Assembly (NCBI GenBank): GCA_030770535.1
Contig: JASVEC010000011.1
Span: 124,001 to 188,000 of the forward strand
Direction: 5' to 3'
Length of the DNA: 64,000 nucleotides
Source of the DNA: Batkoa obscura
Lineage: Eukaryota
Every line of letters starts with the position of its first letter. The stretch's first letter is position 1. The position numbers were made by a program, and so were the translations under genes. Positions 25,995-42,613 of the stretch are shown here, in pieces. The notes under the pieces are model-generated. The model saw only the letters and a list, made by a program, of their open reading frames with translations, had not been told where the DNA came from and ran no database searches.

Positions 25995-26737
25995 TTAATA
26001 ATTTTTATTGATTGTTGATAAATTAAAATTTTCTTCAAATTTTGGACTGGTTATATCATCAGCCATGACTCTTGAATAACTAGAATATGTTGTTATAAAT
26101 ATATAATAAATAAATATTAATAACTTACATATCCAAAGCAGAAGCAATTCTAGCTCTATCGCTTTCTTCGTATAACCAAATACCAAAGATACCATCTAAA
26201 TTATAGAAAATGAAAATTCAATAAAAAGATTAATATTGAATATTTTATGTATTATTATCATTATTATTATTATTGTTATTATTTCTATTTTATATTAAAA
26301 TGATATTAACTTACTTTCAGGTCTTTTAACATTAATATATTCATTATAACTAACTTGACATTCATTACTTAAATAAAATATAAAATTATTTAAATTTTCC
26401 CTATTTAATATAAAGATGCCATAAAAAGGAGCTATTTTTCTAAATTATGTTATTATTATTATTCTATTAGTTAAATAGATGGAATTGTATAATATTTTAC
26501 CTCTTAAATAAAAATAATGGGCCACTATAATTAGCTAATTTCTATAATGATAATTATAGTTGTATTAATAAATAATTTCAATAAAATTATCATTATGAAT
26601 CTAATTACCCAACCAATTTGTTTTTCATCAAAATCATAAATAACAGAATGTGAAGAAGAATCTAATATTGCTATTATATTCGGATCATATCGTTTTATTA
26701 CTTTTAAATTGAGATCATATTGGATTTTAGGATTCAT
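25995..26737 (-). CDS. DCP1: mRNA decapping activator Dcp1 (EVH1 domain; multi-exon)
   Basis: LNLKVIKRYDPNIIAILDSSSHSVIYDFD..W..GPLFLFKR..PFYGIFILNRENLNNF..GIWLYE. Confidence 0.88.
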
Positions 26738-26891
26738 TGAAGTTTCTGGTTTTTTGTTATTTGAAATAAGAATAATTATTAAATAGAAAAAAGAAAAAAG
26801 TGAAGTTAACTTGTTGAAAACGCAAAGTGTGAAGTCATAAATTTTTAAAGTAAGAATTCCAATTTTTTTCTTTTTTAATCTTTTTAAAAAA

Positions 26892-28258
26892 ATGAGCGAT
26901 AAAGGAAATTCAAGTAAATAGTATACGTCTATTTATTATAATATAGGATATTAACAATTGATATCTTATTTTGTAATTAGTATATTTACCAAAATCCAAT
27001 TATTTAGATAAACTAAGAAATCGAAAATTTAAAAAAATGGATATTGAGATTGAAAAGGAAAATTATATTGAAGGCGAGGATAATGAAAATAATATAAATA
27101 ACCTAAAGGATTATAACGAGAAAAATAAAGATATTGATGACAAGCCGTTAATAGAGAACAAAGAAAGTGATGAGAATCTAAATAATGATAATAATGATGA
27201 AATTACTGATAACTCAGTTAATAAAAACAACCAATATAAGGATAATTTAAATGACGATAATGACAATGCTATCGATAAAAGCAATAACATATTTCTTCAA
27301 AATAAGAAAAATAATAAAAACTTAAAGAATGAAAAAGATAAAAATAATAATAAAAAAAATAATCCATTTATTAAAAACAATAAAAATGAAAGTGATTTAT
27401 CAAATGATTTCTATGATGCTAATGAAAATAATGAATATATAATATCTACTACAAGTAACACCAATTATAGCTATAATAATGCCAATAATAATTATAAATC
27501 AAATCCTAATTTTTCCAATGATAATAATACATACTACCAACGTTTAACTCAATTATATTATATATATAGGTAATTTAATTACACATTAATTTATTTAATA
27601 CACATTAATTTTTAATTTTAAAAAACAAAAGAGTATTACAATTAATTATTAATATCTTATTTTTAATCTTTATATTAATATTAAGTTTTGTATTTATTTA
27701 TAATTTATATAACGATATTTATAATATTTACATATCACGTCAACAAGGTAATTTCTTTTTTCATGACTCCTACTCATTAACTCCCACTTACTAATCCGAC
27801 TTTTCTCTTTTTATTCTTTTAGATTTAATTAGAGAGATTTCTTCATGTCAAAAAAGCTATATTGATAATCAATGTGATCCCGAATTACGTCGACCAGTTA
27901 TGGAAGAGATATGTGAGGTATGGAATAAGTGTAGAAATCAAAATCCGACTCATTCTATTTCAATTATTAAATTAAGTTTAATTTCAATTGCTAAATTAAT
28001 GGATGCTTTTTTATTGACGTTTAGTTACAAATCGATGGTAAGTTAAAAAGTTGTATTATTTATTTATTGTTTATTTTTATTGTTTTATTGTTGTTGTTGG
28101 GATGTACAATTTGAAATTAATGTTTTTTTTTTATTTAGTTTTTGTTAGCTTTATTTCTTTTATTTTGGATTTTATTAAACTCGATAACTAAATTGATTAG
28201 TTTACCATATGTAGGACAGAGTAATAATAATAATAATAATCTTGGGATGATAAGGTAA
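26892..28258 (+). CDS. BRL1: Brr6/Brl1 nuclear envelope protein (multi-exon)
   Basis: TM YLQLIINILFLIFIL, four-Cys luminal domain EISSCQKSYIDNQCDPELRRPVMEEICEVWNKCRNQNP, then FSYKSM and a second TM. Confidence 0.85.
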
Positions 28259-28357
28259 ATAAAAAGTTATTTACAATAGTAAAAAGAGAATCAGAATAAA
28301 ATAAGAAAGTTTGTATCATTACTGTTTTATTTTATTTTATTTTATTTTAATATAATT

Positions 28358-29832
28358 TTAAATACTCAATTTAGAATAATTTAGCTTTAAAATAGTAGAT
28401 ATACCATTATTAAAATTAATTAAACCTTCCGAATTTATAATGGAATTCTTTTTAAATTCATTAGATATAGAATAATTTAAATCAAAGTTTAAATAATTAA
28501 TAGATAATTCGTTAGAATTATTATTAATTCTATTTTCTACAAAAGTATTATTATCTTCATAATAAAACTAGATAGAAATGAAATTAGGTTAATTATTATA
28601 TTATATTGAGTTATTATAATAATAATTTACTTCTATCTTATCCCCAATTTTTAAATCTAATTTCGTATCTAATGCAATATTCCCATTACTTGGATCTCCA
28701 GCCGAAATAGCAAAATAACCCTAAAAAAAGATACATATATAATTATTATCATTATTATTATTATTAATTTATACTTACTATCTCTTTCCCCTCCCTACTT
28801 AATCTGGTCCAAATCAACACTTGATTAAAATCCAATTTTTTATTTTTATTTTCTAATTGATCTACTTTTTCTTTTAATAATCCACAAGCATTATTAAATC
28901 CTTTGAATTCAATTATTATATTTCCTTGACATTGTTTTAATTCATATTCATCACTTATTTTAATTAATTTATCAACACTAACTTTCCATGGTAATATACA
29001 GTTAGTATAAAAACCTAATAAACCTTCTTGATAGAGTTCGTTATTATAATACAATTGATTAGGTGTATTATATTCAAATATTGTATTACTTGATTTAAAA
29101 CCAGTCTATTAAAATAAGAATATATTTTAATTAGAATAAATACAATTAGATTATAATTATAATTATAATTATAATTAATATTTTACCTTAGTTACCCCTT
29201 TCATTTCAATATCCAAAACTTGTAAATATTGTTCTAATTGATTATCTCCCATTAAAAATAAATTTCCATTGCTCCTATTAATCAATTTCTATTAATTTAA
29301 TACTCAATCTTAATATGAGGAATAAAACTTACTCTTTCACAGTTTCTAATTCTTTTGGTATCTTGACTTTATTTTCAGCTTGAGAGATCGATTTCATATT
29401 TCCTAAATCCATCTCTTTCCTTTCCACTGACCCCGTCTGCTTCCCACTACGCCATCTACCTACTGAATTAAAATTTAAATCTTTTACATTGTTATCTTGA
29501 TGGTAAAATGGAATCAAAACTTCTTTTTCACTTTCTTTATTAATTAATAATATAACTAAATTCTCTTCTTTTAAATTATTATCAATTATATTATCCATAA
29601 ATGTAGCTTGTATATTACTGGGATTTAATTTAGTTTGAAGATAATTATATGTTTTTGTCACTTGTTGATACGATTTACTGAATAATAAAATGGCTAAATC
29701 AGTATGTGAATTTTGGTAAATGGGGTGAGATTTGTCAGTTAAGTGAGATGAGTTAATCAAATATTTTTTATAATGTAAGGAACGGATGGGTTGATATTGA
29801 AAATTTTGTGTTAGTTTATTGACAAGTTTCAT
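28358..29832 (-). CDS. Probable mitochondrial FIST-C-like protein (multi-exon)
   Basis: Basic presequence-like N-terminus with SVGRW, QCQGNIIIEF..NACGLL and AGDPSNGNIALDT motifs, recalled from fungal FIST-domain proteins. Confidence 0.5.
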
Positions 29833-30008
29833 TTTTGGATTAAAATTGTAAATAAAATAATGGAAATAAACTTGAATTTTTAAAATAATCTAATTTCAAA
29901 TAAAATTTAGTTTTTTTGAAACATTTAGATTATTTTGCAATCAATTTATTTAAGTCAATGCTTCTTTTTTGTTGAATTTTATAATAATAATATAAATAGA
30001 AATCAAAA

Positions 30009-31216
30009 ATGAATCAAATTATTCTTATAAATAGTGATATTGATATACAAATAAAAGAAAACCAAGTTATTATCAACTCAAAATTACTTCAATCTATCCA
30101 AAATCTACTACAAACTTTAGAGTATCATTCACTTTATGTTTACATTTATAACGATAGTAATATCATTTCTTCTCAACAATCACTTTATTCCATTAATTGT
30201 TATTTATATGATCAATTATGGACTTGGAGTATTGGGAATAAATTATTATTGGATATTAATATTATCTATGAGACTTATAATAAAGAGTTTTTGAAAAAAG
30301 CGAATGATTTATTTGATAATCAATTGCTGATTTATTACAAAAAAGAAGGTAAATTTTGATTTTGATTTTGATTTTGATTTTGATTTTATTAAAAAAATTC
30401 AACTTTGATTCTAATTTATTATTATATAATTAGATTTACAATACCTATCAAAGTACAATTCCCATTCATTCAATTTAGTTTTATTAACTTATCATGATTC
30501 CAACTTATCAACTATTGATAACGTCATCCATACAACTATTATTATTAAAGATATACCTTATCATTATATAGCTTTAGGAGGTACTTTTGATCATTTACAT
30601 TTAGGACATAAAATATTGTTATCTACGGCTTTATTATTAGCTCAAGATAAGTTATTTTGTGGAATTATGGGTAAGTTTGTATATTCTAATAAACTATAAA
30701 ATTAATAACGTTTTTTCTTTAATATTTACTTTTATTAGATGATTCTTTATTAAAAAATAAACAATTTGCTCATGAAATTCAAAAAAATGATAAAAGAATA
30801 GAGATTATCAATCATTTTTTGAATTTATTACGTCCTAATTTTAAGTTTATTGTAAGTTTATTGAATTCTTTTTATTAATATCACTTCAATTCATCTTTCT
30901 AATCCTTTCTTTTTATTTAGATAGAACCCATCTTTGATCCATATGGTCCAACAATTCATGATCCCACTATTGATACATTAATAGTATCTAAAGAAACTGT
31001 TTCTGGTGGTGAAGCAAGTAAGTTTAAATACATAAACATAAATAAAACAATTGAAACTTTATTAATACAATTTTAGTTAATAAAAAGAGACTCGAAAAAG
31101 GTTATAATGAATTAAATATAATTTGTATTGAATTAGTATCAGATCATGAAAACAAACAAGATATTAAAAATAAATTATCATCCACTAAAATTCGAGAATA
31201 TTTAAATCAACATTAA
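30009..31216 (+). CDS. CAB4: Phosphopantetheine adenylyltransferase (multi-exon)
   Basis: [36 protein letters not shown] and KLSSTKIRE. Confidence 0.92.
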
Positions 31217-31353
31217 TTTGTTTTTTGAAATAAATATTAATTCCTATTTTATATTATTTAATTATCATTTCTGAATATTAAATTCAATCAACTTTTTCTT
31301 TCAAATATTTTAAATATAATTGAAATTTCATTATTTCTCAATTGAATTGTATT

Positions 31354-36590
<5,237 letters not shown>

Positions 36591-36797
36591 TTTGTATTGA
36601 TATTTAAAAAAAGATAGAATTGAAATTTTTTAGCAAAAAATAATTCAATTTTGATTTCATTTGCTGAAAATACTTGACTGCGTTTTTTAAGCTTATTAGC
36701 CTTATAAAGAATTAAGTCAAAATTAAGCTCATTTTTTTGGAATATTGTTTTGATTTAGGCTGGGTTGGTTCCAAAGTTTGATGGCAATAACTTTGTA

Positions 36798-37246
36798 TAA
36801 TGAATAGCAAAAAAACTGGAAAAGCTCCCAAAAAAAATCAGATTACTTCCAAAGTTCGATTTTAAGCTAGCCTAAATTTTCAATAAACAAAAATTTAAAA
36901 AAAAATACAAAAAAAAAATACATTAAAACAATACTGTATAAATAATAAGCTATATAAAAAAGTATTGAGAAATTCACTATACAAACTTATTCAAAACTTT
37001 AAACTTAATTCTTTTTTTATTATTTCTTTTAATATTAGGTTGAATTTTATCAAAAATTAAATTTTAAGCTTTAGCTTAACATCAAACTCTGAAAATAGCA
37101 GCTTTCTATGAAAGTTTAAGCTAAGCTTAAGATCGAATTTTAGCAGCTGTTGGAAATCCTTTGATCTTATTGATTAAATCAAAATTGGACTTTGGAAGCA
37201 GTCCGCTTTTTTTGGGGGTTTCTCCAGTTTTCTTTGCTATTCACTA
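36798..37246. mobile_element. MITE family B (~450 bp, ~65-70 bp TIRs, TA-flanked)
   Basis: Left end TA|TAATGAATAGCAAAAAAACTGGAAAAGCTCCCAAAAAAAATCAGATTACTTCCAAAGT is an imperfect inverted repeat of right end ACTTTGGAAGCAGTCCGCTTTTTTTGGGGGTTTCTCCAGTTTTCTTTGCTATTCACTA|TA. Confidence 0.75.
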
Positions 37247-37328
37247 TAAACGCTGTTTATTTTGATCATTTTGTTACTGCTGAATTTATATTTTGAATCG
37301 AACAACTCACTGGAGTGGCAAATTGGTA

Positions 37329-37433
37329 TGGGGACGTATTTTTTTGTTTAAGAATTTTACTAACAATCTTTCCGCTCCAAATATCACTCAAAAAATGGAA
37401 AAAGTGATGAAATCAAAAAAACGCCCCCCCCCA
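37329..37433 (+). mobile_element. MITE family A copy 4
   Basis: TA|TGGGGACGTATTTTTTTG...CAAAAAAACGCCCCCCCCCA. Confidence 0.85.
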
Positions 37434-37525
37434 TTAGACTTTTAAAGCGAAAATATCAATAAAGCATAATTTCTGGCTAAATAATTTTAATGAAATTCAG
37501 AACAATAAAAAAAAATACAAATTTA

Positions 37526-39077
37526 TTAATCAAGATGTAATTTGGAATTAATCATTTTAGATACTCTATCTAAACGATCCATGACTTCCATTGTACCTTC
37601 AAAGAAGCCTGTACAGTGATATTTAATATCATATTTGTTACACAAGGCCTGTACTCTCTTTTGAGTAAATTGAAAGTTGTGTCTTGGTAAAGTTGGGAAT
37701 AACTAAATTAAAATGATAAGTAAAAATATATGTATAAAGTACAAAATAAAAACTTACATGATGTTCAATTTGATAATTTAAACCACCGGTAAACCAAGTC
37801 ATAAAATAAGAAGGCATTACATCTCTTCCAGTTTCAATTTGTAATTGATAGAAATCTAATTCATTTGCTTCATCTTTAGTTAAAATCCTCATACCATTAT
37901 GATTTAAACTAAAGACAACAGCAATTAATACACCTGAACTAGTTTGAGAAAAGAATAAAAATAATAATGATTTAACCCACGTAGTTGGATAATAAAATGT
38001 AATAAAAAAATTAATAACCCAATGAAGTACTAAACAGAGGGGTTCGATAGGTGAAATAGGAATAAATTGTTTTGTTTTATCACCTAATTGACCATTACTT
38101 AAAGAATACCATAAACTAAAGAAACACCAAGATAATCTAGCAAATGCTAATAATGGGAAAAATAAAAACTTTTGATTATTCAACATGAATAATTTCATTT
38201 GACTTCCTAATTCTTGATCATTCAATTCAGTATATAACTCCATTACATTTTCACTCCAAGCTAAAAATGGATGAGTATCAATATCAGGATCATCATTATG
38301 TACATTAGGTGAAGCATGATGTGTATTATGCTTATCTTTCCACCAAGATGGGGAAAAACCTTGACAAACTGCACCAAAGAATAAACCGCCAACAGTATTA
38401 TTTAAATATCGATTTTCAAATACTTGATGGTGAAGGTATTCATGTGCATGCCATCCACATTGTTGCCAAAATAATCCCATTAATAAAGCAGAGATCAAAA
38501 CACCTATTAAAGTATGACCAAAGTGTTTTAATACAATTACAGAAGATAAAAAGATGGAGATGTTTAATACTCCAATCATAAGATAAAAAGGTTTATTTGA
38601 TTTAAATAAACCTTCTTTTTCAAAATCCTTCTTTAAGTTTCTTATTTCTTTTAAGAATTCATTATCTATTTGTTATTACTATTAGTAATGTTATCCAATA
38701 TTAAACATTGTAATGTATCACCTTTTTCACCCTTTAACTTATATTGTTTAGTAAGTTCTTCATCATAGTAATCAGTTAGAATTTCCTGAATGTTAGGTGG
38801 ATGGAACGCATTAAAAGTATCTAATTTGAAGTTAGTTATCATTGACTATTAATATGTGATGTTAGTCTTACCAGTAGCATCAATACCGATTTGAGTTTTA
38901 ATTACTGGTCCACCAGGGTGTTCATTAATGAAATCAGTAATATCATATACCTTTCCATTGATTATAGTGACTATTTTGTCATCTGAATTATCTATTTATA
39001 TTAAGATTGTTACTATTATCATTAACGTTTTTGATAAAAAGATTACTTTGTTTTGCTTCAGTTACGAAAGGAGGCAT
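37526..39077 (-). CDS. Front-end (delta-6-type) fatty acid desaturase with cytochrome b5 domain (5 exons)
   Basis: HPGG cytochrome b5 motif and His boxes HEYLHH, WWKDKHNTHH and QIEHHLFP, the architecture of fungal delta-6 desaturases. Confidence 0.9.
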
Positions 39078-40569
39078 CTTATTGATAGTTTATAATACTT
39101 GAATTAATAAACTTTGATTGAATTGATAAAGTGTTATTTTTAAAGTGTAATTGATAAACAACTATCAAAAAATTTTAAATAACAATAGCAAAAAGATAAT
39201 CTTTTATTTCCATCTTTTTATTACGATCTTTTAGAAACTCTATATAACAATTTAATAAAAAAACCTTATCGTTTTAACTAAATTTAGTAAATATCCCCCT
39301 TTAACTAAGTTAAACTACCAATTTTCCTCTTCGGACCTCAATTTTCCAGACATCAATTTTGATTGCCCCGTTATCTTTTTGATTTAATTTTCCGCCTTTT
39401 AAAATCACCTCCCAATTGTTATGATTATTTACAAATTTAGAAATAATAATTTCTATTTTTCGGATAATTAATTACAGTTTTCTGCATCTTGACTCTTTCT
39501 TTAACATGGATTAACGGAACTGATTGGAGAATAGCTATGGCATTAACTCATATTAAATTAAGTTTAGAAACTATATTCTGGTTTTTTGTTTTCCTTTTAT
39601 TTTTCCTCTTTTCTTTATAGTGGTTTTAGTGCCCCTGATTTTATATTTTAATTTATATTTTATGTTCTTTTCAATAAAATAAAATAATTTTATAACACAA
39701 TTGCATCAGCAGAAAAATATTTATATTTAAAGGACAACGTTAAATAACCTTTGAATTTTTTGTAAGAGACAATGATAAAGCTTTTAGTTTTAAATATTAA
39801 AAAGACTAAAAATTATTTACAAATGTTGCTTTGTATAAAAATATTTCTAATTTATGATGAAAATAAAGCTTACATGTTTAAGTATTTTTTTAAATAAACC
39901 TATACCAAAGAGGAAACAGCAATTTTGTTTCAAAAAAAAAACAATTATTGTATTTTTTAAATCATTGCCTCCTTTTTTAAATGCAAAAAATTAGGTAAAT
40001 TTTGCATATAGCCACAAAAAAAGTCAAATATAAAATTCAAATAAAAAATAAATAAAAAATAATAGTTATTCAAAGCTAAATCTAGGCTATAAAGTAGGTA
40101 ATTTATTTTTTTAAAATAATTTTAATTAATTATAAAAGATATAAAATAAACTAAATAATATATATAAGTCTATAAAATATTAATATTTTTTAATTTAAAA
40201 TGCTTGTATTTTTAAATTAACTTATTTATTATTAGTTTACATGAATAAATATAATTATTATAATACTATAATGCGAGCTTATTATAAGTATAAAAATTAT
40301 AGTGCTTAATTAAAAATATATTCTTATATTTTACTTTTATATTAAAACTTATATATTTTATATATTTTATTTCTTTAATTATATTTATTTTTATTATTTA
40401 TGTTTTTTTATTTTTTTAAATAGTTAAAAACTTTTTTCACTCAAACACTATTTTTCAAATAGTTGACTTTTATCAAAAAATAAACATGTTATAGTGCTAA
40501 CCACTCACTTTTCCAGGCTCAAGTTTGCTTTGTTTATTAAAACTCTCACTAGGAATTTCTAAACAACAT

Positions 40570-40670
40570 TCAGGGGTGTTTTTTTGACTTCATCACTTTT
40601 TCTATTTTTTAAGCGTTATTTAAGCGGAGAATGTGTTAGTGAAATTCTTAAACACAAAAACACATCTCCA
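40570..40670 (-). mobile_element. MITE family A copy 5 (degenerate ends)
   Basis: GGGGTGTTTTTTGACTTCATCACTTTT..AAACACAAAAACACATCTCCA. Confidence 0.8.
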
Positions 40671-40796
40671 TTTATTAATTAAAATCAATTGTTATATTCT
40701 TCAGGCTATAATCTTCTTTTTTAGGCAGCCTCGTATAACTTTTTTACTTAAACTTTGCTTTTTTTATTATATTCCCTTTTTTTAAGTTTTTATGTA

Positions 40797-40920
40797 TAAT
40801 TATAAAAGCAAAGCTCTAGTTAATAATTTATTTTTAAAATCAGGTTATATTTTTATTTTTATTAAAACATAACTTGATTTTAAATATAAAATACTAACTG
40901 GAACTTTGTTTTTATAATAA
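40797..40920. repeat. ~120-bp imperfect palindrome (foldback)
   Basis: tataaaagcaaagctctagttaataattttatttttaaaatcaggttatatttt pairs with aaaacataacttgattttaaatataaaatactaactggaactttgtttttata. Confidence 0.75.
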
Positions 40921-41154
40921 TGCAAAGTTTATAAAATTTTATAATAAAACAGAAAAAATATTAAAGTTTATTATTGATAATAATAAACTTAATCAAGCAA
41001 TATATAAAATTAATGCTTTGAGGAAAATAAAAAACAAAAACCAACAAGTATTACTATTATCAGTTATAGCTTTAGTATATTTTTTTAATAAATGTAAAAG
41101 TTTTAGATTTAATATAAATAGAAATTAATATGACTATTTAAAAATAACTAATAA

Positions 41155-41255
41155 TAGGAGGATGTTTTTGGTTTCATTACTTTTTCCATTTTTTAAGCGC
41201 TGTTTGAGCGGGAAGATTGTTAGTAAAATTCTTAGACAAAAAAAATACATCGCCA
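41155..41255 (-). mobile_element. MITE family A copy 6
   Basis: GGAGGATGTTTTTGGTTTCATTACTTTTTCCA..CAAAAAAAATACATCGCCA|TA. Confidence 0.82.
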
Positions 41256-41266
41256 TAATAAAATAT

Positions 41267-41747
41267 TGTGAAAGTTGGTACTCAGTGGTTGGAGTTAAAA
41301 GCAGCCTTTGGTTGATTAGCTAGCCTTGAGTCGAATGGTCTTAGTTTATGTAACTAAGATAGACCTAAATTAATAGGAATAATACGTAATAAGCTACGAA
41401 CTATGTAAAACAAATATAATAGAAAATACTACCGTAAAATCTACATAAGATATTGTCAGAAAAACTTAGTGGCTTTATTAATGGTATGATATCAGGGAGT
41501 AATTCAGTTAAAAAGCCTCGAGTTAGTATGTTGAAGAATCTCTTTTATACTCCAACTGAGTGGCTATATATAAGAAACATTATAGCAGTTATTCCTTATT
41601 GTAGTTGCCAAGTATGGACATTAAAACGTGGACAATAAGTTCTTCGTGATCAGGTGGTAGCAGTTCTCACAGAAAATCTATACAAGGAACTCTGAATTGA
41701 TTATTATATTATAATCAATCTTAGAGCTAATGAAGTGATGTTTCACA
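41267..41747 (+). mobile_element. Solo LTR (481 bp)
   Basis: TGTGAAAG...GTTTCACA, flanks AATAT/ACTAT (4/5 TSD-like match) and internal TATATAAG. Homologous to 16129-16592. Confidence 0.82.
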
Positions 41748-42613
41748 ACTATAATAATAAATAAAAACTGCTATTACATTGCTCGTATTATACAAGGATT
41801 GTTAATTATAATTTTGGGGCTAACCACTCCCTCGTATGCAGCTATTTGTTAACTTATTGATATATTAGTAATGTAATTATAATATTAAAATAATTTATTT
41901 ATTTGATAGCAAATCTTTAATGTTGGCTATAAAGCAGTCAATAATAAATATTTCTCAATGAGGTTTTATAAAAATATGCATTTATTTACATACTACAATT
42001 TTGATTAATATTAATATATAAGTTATATTAGTAAAATTCTTGCTAATCCAGAAATTTCTATTAAATTTAATAAAAATTCCGCCAACTTACAATATAAATT
42101 ATAATAAAAATAATTTAAAACTGTGTTGGGTACTTTTACTTTTTAATAAAGAATTCATTTTTATAGAATTTCAAGCAGTTTTTAATACAAAATATTTAAA
42201 AATTGGATAAAAAAATGAAACCAATTTGGACACCCCTATATGTTTATATTAAAAATATTAGAATTTTTAGTTTACAAAAGCTAAATATGATTTTAATTCA
42301 ATTTAGCATAATTATTTTAAGCATCGTCTTTTATCTATTCGCATAGAATATACTTTATAAAAAAAGGATATTATACAGATGTTACTAGAGACAAACAATA
42401 GAAACAGCTATTATTTGTTAGCCTATTCGTGAGCATAGATGCATCTACCTCTAGGTAGTCCCGAGGACTAAATTACCTAATTTGCTTACAAATAGATTTT
42501 TAATAAGAAAAGACATTAAATAATTTGAATGGAGATTCATCACTGATAATAATAACTAAAATAAATAACAATATAGCTATGAATAATTTTTATTAATGAT
42601 AAGGGTTTGCTAA

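Noticed and set aside
41453..41638. 61-aa ORF
   Set aside because: Lies inside a solo LTR, starts at TTG and has no recognisable domain.
42195..42240. TTGGACACCCCTATA resembling a Tc1/mariner right end
   Set aside because: No matching left TIR or transposase found in the window.
42430..42480. Short palindromes (tagatgcatcta, ctacctctaggtag, agtcccgaggact) resembling hammerhead ribozyme stem II
   Set aside because: The required core CTGANGA...GAAA is absent (ctaggta...taaa) and no convincing stems I/III are seen.
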